The notes beneath the pieces were generated by a model that did no database searches, was not told the DNA's origin, and was given only the letters and a program-made list of their open reading frames with translations. Both the position numbers and the translations under genes were made by a program. A DNA stretch of 49,305 nt from Pseudomonadota bacterium (lineage in GTDB: Bacteria; Pseudomonadota; Alphaproteobacteria; Rhodobacterales; Rhodobacteraceae): assembly GCA_027623875.1 (NCBI GenBank), contig JAQBUS010000001.1, positions 1-49,305 of the forward strand. The letters run 5' to 3'. Each line of letters opens with the position of its first letter. The first letter of the stretch is position 1. Below, piece by piece: positions 42,320-49,305 of the stretch.

Positions 42320-45300
42320 TATTTAAACCAACTCCAAGGCACTGTGTTTGGTCCAATATCGTAGCTGTGACCATCATTTGTGTGTAGGTATTCATCGCCA
42401 TTTCCATCACGATCCCCTTCGGGATCATCTAAGTATCTGCCAGGATTCCACATGTCAGCGCCGTCTCCACCTTTGCCATTTATGTTAAATTTTGATTGAC
42501 TAGTCAAACTGATAGGGTCACTGGGATCGAATTTTAAAGGAATGACTGCAACTCCATTTCCAAGGTCTTCGCCAGATGTATTGAACCCACCCTCTTGGTA
42601 ATTACTGCCGCCTTCTCCATATGTAGCCCAATATTGCTCGCTAATATCTTTTCCGTGTTCAGCGAAATTCTCTTTGAATGAGTAAGGGTCAAAAACTGAA
42701 TCAAGGTCTTGAAGGGATGGTATCGAAGACGCCTTAAAAGGATAAACTGAATCATTCAAATGTTTCTCTTCGACTTTTGCGGAATGACTATCATATCTAA
42801 GTTTATTAAGCTTGGTTTGGTACCGATTTGATGCTGCCTGTTGATCATCTAAAACTTGAAAAAACGTTGGCCAAAATAAAAGTAGTTCGTACTCGCAGAT
42901 TGGACATTCGTCGGGTTTGTCGCGCCAATTAGTAACACTAAAGTCACTGCATGTTGAGGGCTTTAATCTATCTCTGGAGGTTGGAAGCAGGTAAGCGGCA
43001 GCTCCCCAGAGCGAGAATTTTTCAGATTCTCCAGATTCTTTATTTCCAATTATGCCTACTATGATATCGTACTTTCCACCATCTTTATAGTTTGGACAAC
43101 TTTGTTTACCCCATTCTCCCACAGTATCTTCCACGAGCACTGTCTGTGCAGCAACAACACTTATGTCATCTGCTCCAGAAAGAACCACCTCACCTGTCTT
43201 CTGAGGAATGGTGAATTTAAACTTATTATAGCCGTCACCTGTCGGCGTTACTTCCTTACCTTTCTCAGCAAATCCAAAAGTCCCATCTTGACTAAAACCA
43301 AAATTCATTCCCCCGTCTAAAGTAGAAGTGAGCCAAAGCCAGTGCTTCTCCCCTTCTTCGTTAAAATTGGATTCGTATGTTTTATATGGACACCATTGAA
43401 AAGCGGAAACATCTATATAGTTGAATTCATTTGTTGATGTTAATGCTACCTTGTCCCTTTGCTCAGAGAGCGACTCAGGAAAATCAGGAGCGGCTTCTTC
43501 CGTTGGTACGTCACTTGCGAAGTTAGCTTTATACCAATAAGCCTTTTTTGATTCTTTATTGCATTTTTTGTCCTCATCTGCCTCTTCTTCGTAGCGGGTT
43601 CCTAGTTTGCAGTGTCCGACAGTACCGTTTAGTTTGTCTTTGAAATCAGATTGACTAGTGGGAAATGCGTCTAAAGCCACGAAGGGCATGCAGTACTTAG
43701 TTTCCTTTGGCGTTAGGGTTGCGCTAGGTGAAGCTGAAGGACTAGGTGAGGGGCTGGACGAAGGTGAGGGTGAAGGACTTGCCGAAGGGCTAACCGAAGC
43801 CGAAGGGCTAACCGAAGCCGAAGGGCTAACCGAAGGACTTGCCGAAGGGCTAACTGAAGCCGAAGGGCTAACCGAAGCCGAAGGGCTAACCGAAGCCGAA
43901 GGACTAACCGAAGGACTAACCGAAGGACTAACCGAAGCCGAAGGACTAACCGAAGCCGAAGGACTAACCGAAGGACTAACCGAAGCCGAAGGGCTGACCG
44001 AAGCCGTAGGACTAACGGATGGGGTCGGAGTCGTCCAGTTCGTAAGAGTTGGACTAACTGAAACCGTAGGAGTTTGGTTAGAAGTGAAAGTTACGGTCAC
44101 GGATACGGACGCAGTTAAACTTACGGAAGGAGTGGGCGTCGTCCAATCTGTAAACGTAACCGTAGGACTAACCGAAGCCGAAGGACTAACCGAAACCGAA
44201 GGACTAACCGAAGCCGAAGGGCTGACCGAAGGAGTAACCGAAGGACTAACCGAAGCCGAAGGGCTGACCGAAGGAGTAACCGAAGGACTAACCGAAGCCG
44301 AAGGGCTAACCGAAGGGCTAACCGAAGGGCTAACCGAAGGGCTAACCGAAGGACTAACCGAAGCCGAAGGACTAACCGAAACCGAAGGACTAACCGAGGC
44401 CGTGAGAGTGGGGGTAGGAGTAAACGGAGTAAAAGTTAAAGTCGGGGTGGGGCTTAATGTAACCGTCGGAGTATTACAACCATTGCAATGTGAATGAAAA
44501 GCTCCTACAGCAGAAGAATTCAAAACCGATGTAGGTTGATAAAGCCTAATATCATCCACGACCGTATAACAGACCTCTGGGGCGTGAGTAATCGAAAAAA
44601 CAGCTCCACTGACCACTCCGGCAGGCCTAGGACTCTTCTTGTACCAACCTATTTGAGCTCCGTCGCTACACCTGTTTAAATAAAATCCAACATAAAGAAG
44701 GTCTTGCGGTGTTAAGGTGGGGGTTAGTGATACACTAGGGCTAGGTGAGGGCGAAGGACTGGGTGAGGGACTAGGCGAAGCACTTGGAGTTTCTGACACG
44801 CTTGGAGTTGGCGTCTCCTGAGGCGTTGGAGTTTTACTGGGGGTTGATGTTGGGCTAACTGAGGACGTAGGACTAACTGACAGAGTAGGTGTAAACGGAG
44901 TTAAGGTTACTGAAATCGTCGGCGTATCTGGAGTTAGGGTTAGAGAAACTGAAACTGTAGGAGTGCAGGCCCAGTTATAAACTGAAACACTGCCACCCCA
45001 ATCCGCATCTTCAGGGCAACCTTTGGGGGATTGCTCTAGTGAATAAGCATGAGTCGTTCCGGCGCTAGTGCCACTAGGGAAATTATAATTAGGAGCGTCA
45101 GTAATCCACCAGCCTCCGGAGGTTGAGGATTCTTCCCCAAACCATAAATGATAGTTTCCGCTGGAATGCTTCCAAATAGGTTGACATCCTAAGATTCCCA
45201 ATGAAGCATCAATAGTATAAGTGCCATCAGCAAGAGTTGAGGTGCCGGAAACGCAAAACGAATCCGTGCTACAGCCCGTGCAAGTAAAAGTTACCGTTGG

Positions 45301-47415
45301 AGTTAAGGAGACTGTACTCGTTAAAGATACCGAAGGGGTCGAAGTAGGCGAAACTGTCGCTGTTAGAGATACTGAAGCGGTCGAGGTCGGCGAAACTGTA
45401 ACTGTTGGGGTCGCACAAGACGAATCGCTGCAACCTCCAGCGATTTTAGTATACTCGCTAGTGAGTAAAGTGTTTGACAAGCCTTGCCCGGAGAATAAAG
45501 CTATAACTTTATAGCAAACTCCATTAGCGTTGGCTTTGATTACGTCGTCGACACTTAAGTCTCCATTTGTGCCATCTAATTGTTCGTAGGTTTGCTTTGA
45601 CCCACTTGAATCAGCGAAGCAGGACTCAATTCTTATTGCATTGTAAGGAGTTAGCGTTAAAGTTATTGATTCCGTCTTTGTTGGAGAAACTGAAACGGTT
45701 GGGGTTGTTACGCATTTATCGTCAAGACAATCTCTGGATGATATTTTTTCGTATTCACCCGGCTCTAGCTCTGCTACGGCAGTACACCCTTCGTAGATTA
45801 TGCTTACAACCTTATAGCAGACAGTAGAGCCAATTGGCCTTATGACATCATTGTCTAAAAGGTCGCCATTTGTCTTATCTCCATAGTACAGTATGACTCC
45901 TGGATCTTCGCACTTTTGTAGGACTATACAGCCTGGAGTCGGCGTGGGAGAAGCTGTAACTGTTGGAGTGCAGACCTGAGCAGCGCAATCGTTACAATTA
46001 CCCATAAAAGTTAGGTCCGCATGATCGGGCAGGTCTATAGACTCAAAACACGCGTCGGGTTCAGAAACTCCTCCATTTCTAATGCTCGATGTCACTGCAA
46101 TGCAATCATCAGATGACGTCCGATAAACTGAGTTTACGCCTGTAGCTATATCGGTTTTGGATTTGTAGTAAATTCCTGTAGAGCTGCCGGAATTTCCACT
46201 GCAATCAGTGCAGGTAACGTGAGTAACCTTATACCACTTTTCAGGAGTACATGTTATTGAAGTTGTCGGAGAAACTGAAACCGTAGGCGTAATGCCGGGC
46301 GTAAGAGTAGCACTAACTGAAACGGTGGGGGTTGACCAGTTTGTGACTGTAACGGTGGGAGATGCGGTAGGGCTGACGGATGGAGTGGGCGTTGTCCAAT
46401 TCGTAACAGTCGGACTAACTGAAACCGTAGGAGTTTGGTCAGGAGTGAAAGTTACGGTCACGGAGGGACTTAATGTAACCGTCGGGGTTACTGCGCAAGC
46501 CGCGCAATCCTGCCCGATGGCAGTCCACCCCGAAGTGAAAACCCTAGAAGGTTCGGAAGTTGATATTGCGGTATAAACTTGAACACAAAAACCACCAATA
46601 GTTTTTACCCAATCTCCCTCGTTTAAGGTGCTATGAAATTCAATTGGTAATATGTATTCGATAGAGCTCTCTAAAATATTTGAAGGATCGCATCCGCCAT
46701 TTTCGAAAAGCAGCGACCTCTTCTTCATTACTTGCCAAGGCGTTATAGTTACGGTGGGCGTAACAACACAATCTTGACAGCTTTGTCCGTAATCCCAGGA
46801 GTAAGAAGTATTATTTCCATCTTCTATTTTGCCTCTAATAAGCATCTGGTCAGACCAGTCCACTAAATCAATCTCAAAACATTTACCTATTACATTTACT
46901 GCAGAATTACCCCACCAAGAATCGTCAACGCCTTTTAGCCAAATGCCATTGGTAATCGGTCCATATTGGGCGGGATTCCTGTTTATATCAAAATAAAGAG
47001 TTGTTGAAGAGTTAACTGGAGAAGTTAAGTATCCTTGATTGACACAATTTTCATAACGAACAAGACGAGCAACTTGCGCAGTAACCGTAAAGTTAACATT
47101 GGCTGTAGTTTCCCAATCTAGGGTACTTGTGTTTCCTGAACTACTGGGAATTGTAGCGTTTGTAGTGTTCCCATCTACTCCAAGAATTCCTATGGAGCCT
47201 TGACCTGAAAGGCTGTCCTCTAGCTTCCAGACAGAACCGTTCCAATATATAAATAAAGTAGCACTGTTATTTCCCTGCCCTATATCATATCTCCAATAAG
47301 CTTTACCGTTTTTGTCTCCACCGTAATTATACCAACCGTTTGCATTGTCGGTAACTCCTCCGCCAAGAGAAATGGTGGTCGGATGCCCAGAAACAAATAA
47401 TGCTGCAGTATCCAT
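42316..47415 (-). CDS. giant modular beads-on-a-string protein (1699 aa): repeated small Cys-containing domains separated by TPTV(T/S)/SPS(V/A)S mucin-like linkers, with a globular C-terminal region; probable virion fibre or decoration protein
   Basis: At least six ~70-aa modules each end in a paired-Cys motif followed by TPTVT: CQDCVVTPTVT, DCAACAVTPTVT, CNDCAAQVCTPTVT, DDKCVTTPTVS, CSDSSCATPTVT, CNGCNTPTVT. Several contain VCYKV or VCYTV. There are long SPSVSPSASV arrays. There is a 3-nt gap to the upstream 592-aa gene. Confidence 0.6.
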   Translation of the reverse strand: MDTAALFVSGHPTTISLGGGVTDNANGWYNYGGDKNGKAYWRYDIGQGNNSATLFIYWNGSVWKLEDSLSGQGSIGILGVDGNTTNATIPSSSGNTSTLDWETTANVNFTVTAQVARLVRYENCVNQGYLTSPVNSSTTLYFDINRNPAQYGPITNGIWLKGVDDSWWGNSAVNVIGKCFEIDLVDWSDQMLIRGKIEDGNNTSYSWDYGQSCQDCVVTPTVTITPWQVMKKRSLLFENGGCDPSNILESSIEYILPIEFHSTLNEGDWVKTIGGFCVQVYTAISTSEPSRVFTSGWTAIGQDCAACAVTPTVTLSPSVTVTFTPDQTPTVSVSPTVTNWTTPTPSVSPTASPTVTVTNWSTPTVSVSATLTPGITPTVSVSPTTSITCTPEKWYKVTHVTCTDCSGNSGSSTGIYYKSKTDIATGVNSVYRTSSDDCIAVTSSIRNGGVSEPDACFESIDLPDHADLTFMGNCNDCAAQVCTPTVTASPTPTPGCIVLQKCEDPGVILYYGDKTNGDLLDNDVIRPIGSTVCYKVVSIIYEGCTAVAELEPGEYEKISSRDCLDDKCVTTPTVSVSPTKTESITLTLTPYNAIRIESCFADSSGSKQTYEQLDGTNGDLSVDDVIKANANGVCYKVIALFSGQGLSNTLLTSEYTKIAGGCSDSSCATPTVTVSPTSTASVSLTATVSPTSTPSVSLTSTVSLTPTVTFTCTGCSTDSFCVSGTSTLADGTYTIDASLGILGCQPIWKHSSGNYHLWFGEESSTSGGWWITDAPNYNFPSGTSAGTTHAYSLEQSPKGCPEDADWGGSVSVYNWACTPTVSVSLTLTPDTPTISVTLTPFTPTLSVSPTSSVSPTSTPSKTPTPQETPTPSVSETPSASPSPSPSPSPSPSPSVSLTPTLTPQDLLYVGFYLNRCSDGAQIGWYKKSPRPAGVVSGAVFSITHAPEVCYTVVDDIRLYQPTSVLNSSAVGAFHSHCNGCNTPTVTLSPTPTLTFTPFTPTPTLTASVSPSVSVSPSASVSPSVSPSVSPSVSPSVSPSASVSPSVTPSVSPSASVSPSVTPSVSPSASVSPSVSVSPSASVSPTVTFTDWTTPTPSVSLTASVSVTVTFTSNQTPTVSVSPTLTNWTTPTPSVSPTASVSPSASVSPSVSPSASVSPSASVSPSVSPSVSPSASVSPSASVSPSASVSPSASPSVSPSASVSPSASVSPSASPSPSPSSSPSPSPSASPSATLTPKETKYCMPFVALDAFPTSQSDFKDKLNGTVGHCKLGTRYEEEADEDKKCNKESKKAYWYKANFASDVPTEEAAPDFPESLSEQRDKVALTSTNEFNYIDVSAFQWCPYKTYESNFNEEGEKHWLWLTSTLDGGMNFGFSQDGTFGFAEKGKEVTPTGDGYNKFKFTIPQKTGEVVLSGADDISVVAAQTVLVEDTVGEWGKQSCPNYKDGGKYDIIVGIIGNKESGESEKFSLWGAAAYLLPTSRDRLKPSTCSDFSVTNWRDKPDECPICEYELLLFWPTFFQVLDDQQAASNRYQTKLNKLRYDSHSAKVEEKHLNDSVYPFKASSIPSLQDLDSVFDPYSFKENFAEHGKDISEQYWATYGEGGSNYQEGGFNTSGEDLGNGVAVIPLKFDPSDPISLTSQSKFNINGKGGDGADMWNPGRYLDDPEGDRDGNGDEYLHTNDGHSYDIGPNTVPWSWFKY
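43721..44400 (-). repeat. coding tandem-repeat array (12- and 18-nt units) encoding (SVSP/SVSPSA)n
   Basis: Runs of ccgaagggctaa / ccgaaggactaa / gccgaagggctaaccgaa, interrupted at about 44000-44160. Shorter Pro/Ser/Thr tracts occur at about 44700-44960, 45250-45420 and 46270-46490. Confidence 0.85.
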
Positions 47416-47418
47416 TTA

Positions 47419-49197
47419 TTAAAAAATCTTGTTAAAGAACCCCTCGATTAAATAATCGGTAGGATTACCATGGCCTAGTGTTTTGTCAACCCCATAAGAC
47501 TTCTTGAACAAACTAGTATCAACTGTTGTCGGGTGGGGCTCTATAATTGTTATTCTTTCTTCTTTTACTATTGGAGTGGTAACGCTTGAGTAAGCGCTAC
47601 TGATCATTGATTGCGTCGGACTAAAGGAGTATTTAATTCCAAAGGGATACATGGAGCTAAAATCATAATCAACGTTAAAAACTGCATCCTTGTAGATTGA
47701 TGTCGAATCCGGAGCGATTATAGAGGATATTTTCAGCACTTCGAATTTGCTATTTTCCACCACGTTATTTGATTGAGAGAACGAAACAGAGGAACTCCCC
47801 GAAGGAAATCTAACTTTTAATCTTTGGCCATAGTCAATCACCGTAAGCTTTGGCAGCCCGGAATCTGGCACTCCGCTCCACCAGTTGGCGGAACCTCCGT
47901 AAACGGCCTTTGGTAGGTCATTAAACCAGTACTGCCAATTAATCTCGGCGGCATTTTCGTTATTAAATCCAGCCGAAGTGTTTTTTACTTTTACTTCGTA
48001 TATTTTAGAGACCAGACTAACGTCTTTAATTAAAAGAGAATTTGTAGGAGTAGGAGTAGAGACTGGAGCCGGCTTGGAGTAGTCGATAACTTCAGCGTAA
48101 TCATAAACGTTTTTATCATCCCCTTGAACATAGGAAGTGTAACTAACGAGTTTTCCGCTAACATTTTGAGAACCTTCCTTAACTGTGAGGTTTCTCTCCA
48201 TTAGGTAACCCTTGTCCGTTAACTTATAGAATACTCTATTCGTTAAATCGGAAGAGTTTGGGCTAGATACCTTTTCACTGGAACCTATAAAAAAGTGATT
48301 TCCCCATTGCCTTGGAGAACTTGCAACTTCTAAAATGGTGTGGTAGTTGAAAGCTGGCGTGGGAGTTGGGGTTGGCGCACACGACGAACCTAGGAATCCT
48401 TTATCGCTAGAAGGTAGAGACGGGTCAACAAAGTAACTGTCAGGAAGAACTTGGCTATTTCCTACTCCGTTCACGCATGTCAAATGAGCCCTAACAAAGC
48501 TTATTTTATTGTTTCCTTGGTAAACCCATTCCTCGCATCCACTAGGCAAGTCGTTCCACTTTTGGCAACCGCCCTGGTCGAAGGGATCATCTGGAATTTT
48601 CCAAGGTGAAGGGCCCGATATATTGGAATAAGATTCCACTCCCAAAACGCAAGAAACATCCGCCGTCCATTCTATCGCATAATAAGGAGGTATGGAGGTT
48701 TTGGTGGGAGTTGGAATAGTCGTTGAGGGAACCGGCGTGCAACAATAATCAATTGCATATATGTTGTAGGTCGAACTGCCGCAACTTTCGGAAGACTCCA
48801 CCTGACCTAAATTTGATATCACTGGGTCAACTATTGAAGCGGAAACCAAATAGGAACAAGATTTTAAATACAAATACGCATTTAAAGCTGTTATCGAATC
48901 GTTACTCCTTAAGTATTCTCTAACGTAAGTGGAGCTACCTGAGCATTTTGCGCAATCAGCAGAAACTGTAACGTTTCCGGAATTATAATCACTTTCGAAG
49001 GTGAAAGTTTGCGGACCGCTACTGGTCGCCAAAAGAGTTATCTTTAGGGAGCCCTTGGTTACTACATGGCTTCCGTAATTTAAGAAATTAAAGCTATTAA
49101 ATAAACCTTGGTCGGAAAATTGAAAAACATATTCTTTTCCTACGCCAATATTTAAGTCCGTTATTGGACTTCCGTTTAATTTAGCGCCTGAACTCAT
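47419..49197 (-). CDS. 592-aa protein with Cys-containing modules and (TP)n linkers; probable structural partner of the 1699-aa protein
   Basis: Linkers are CCTPVPSTTIPTPTKTS, CAPTPTPTPAF and PAPVSTPTPTN. A paired-Cys motif (CAKCSGSS) is present, as in the neighbouring gene. Confidence 0.5.
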   Translation of the reverse strand: MSSGAKLNGSPITDLNIGVGKEYVFQFSDQGLFNSFNFLNYGSHVVTKGSLKITLLATSSGPQTFTFESDYNSGNVTVSADCAKCSGSSTYVREYLRSNDSITALNAYLYLKSCSYLVSASIVDPVISNLGQVESSESCGSSTYNIYAIDYCCTPVPSTTIPTPTKTSIPPYYAIEWTADVSCVLGVESYSNISGPSPWKIPDDPFDQGGCQKWNDLPSGCEEWVYQGNNKISFVRAHLTCVNGVGNSQVLPDSYFVDPSLPSSDKGFLGSSCAPTPTPTPAFNYHTILEVASSPRQWGNHFFIGSSEKVSSPNSSDLTNRVFYKLTDKGYLMERNLTVKEGSQNVSGKLVSYTSYVQGDDKNVYDYAEVIDYSKPAPVSTPTPTNSLLIKDVSLVSKIYEVKVKNTSAGFNNENAAEINWQYWFNDLPKAVYGGSANWWSGVPDSGLPKLTVIDYGQRLKVRFPSGSSSVSFSQSNNVVENSKFEVLKISSIIAPDSTSIYKDAVFNVDYDFSSMYPFGIKYSFSPTQSMISSAYSSVTTPIVKEERITIIEPHPTTVDTSLFKKSYGVDKTLGHGNPTDYLIEGFFNKIF

Positions 49198-49270
49198 ACC
49201 GAGAAAAGGACCGATAAATTAATTTTATAGAAGAACGAACGCCAGCTTACAAAAACTCTTTCCATAGAAC

Positions 49271-49280
49271 TATATTACAC
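49271..49280 (-). promoter_or_regulatory. GTGTAATATA motif (copy 3 of 3)
   Basis: Minus strand reads tatGTGTAATATAgttc, about 75 nt upstream of the ATG at 49197. A possible -35 (TTACTA) lies at 17-nt spacing. Confidence 0.3.
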
Positions 49281-49305
49281 ATACTTTAAATATATAGTAA
49301 TATAA

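Noticed and set aside
411-42755. The remaining plus-strand and nested ORFs in the track, for example 411..755, 1299..1574, 1615..1980, 5561..5812, 5683..6057, 8644..8853, 11660..12007, 12023..12322, 12702..13016, 13167..13640, 14775..14987, 21150..21365, 21656..21968, 24077..24304, 26032..26597, 30902..31108, 31751..32014, 32485..32688, 33903..34121, 34664..34858, 36478..36856, 39225..39446, 39670..39912, 41011..41949, 42534..42755, 43102..43320, 44494..46576 and 48723..48923.
   Set aside because: All of them lie wholly or almost wholly inside longer minus-strand genes that carry recognisable motifs. Their sequences are low-complexity and hydrophobic, as expected for antisense AT-rich DNA, and none has a promoter or RBS context.
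43721-44400. Regular short repeats that could be mistaken for a CRISPR array.
   Set aside because: The units are 12 or 18 nt, contiguous and without unique spacers, and lie in frame inside a long ORF. This is a coding low-complexity tandem repeat.
43658-44497. A 279-aa plus-strand ORF with a striking GLTEAE repeat.
   Set aside because: It is the antisense shadow of the minus-strand SPSVSPSASV array. It has no promoter or start context, and the minus-strand frame is continuous with a 1699-aa protein.
44051-46464. The 53-nt repeat pair as a diversity-generating retroelement template/variable-region pair.
   Set aside because: There is no reverse transcriptase in the window. The copies differ at only two positions, with no adenine-specific pattern, and both lie inside the same ORF.

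Overview
This is an AT-rich 49.3-kb segment in which every credible gene (about 60 CDS plus one tmRNA) lies on the minus strand. Genes are tightly packed, with many ATGA-type stop/start overlaps, which fits a large dsDNA bacteriophage better than a cellular chromosome.

Gene order in the direction of transcription (high to low coordinates):
- Two large modular proteins (592 and 1699 aa) built from small Cys-containing domains joined by Thr/Pro/Ser/Val linkers.
- A RecA-like recombinase heading a ~16-kb operon of nucleotide-sugar enzymes, glycosyltransferases and methyltransferases.
- A replication block: DnaB-like helicase, TOPRIM primase, PD-(D/E)XK nuclease, Nudix hydrolase, and a DnaE split into three ORFs (PHP, DnaQ-like exonuclease, polymerase core).
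- A ClpA/ClpC-type unfoldase, followed immediately by a phage-borne tmRNA.
- Nucleotide-salvage genes (GMP reductase and a deoxyribosyltransferase-like protein).
- About 20 small ORFs.
- An outer-membrane beta-barrel cassette.
- A sigma-like factor and a multi-HTH protein.

Ten near-consensus sigma70-type promoters with exact 17-nt spacers were found by eye. Most place an ATG 6-9 nt after the -10 box, which implies leaderless mRNAs.

Best candidates for something new:
1. An autonomous glycosylation and methyl-sugar factory next to mucin-like fibre proteins.
2. A tmRNA plus ClpP-docking unfoldase module, with a possibly very long tag ORF.
3. The PHP / exonuclease / core split polymerase.
4. The systematic leaderless promoter architecture.

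All functional calls come from motif recognition by eye; no database search or folding program was run.
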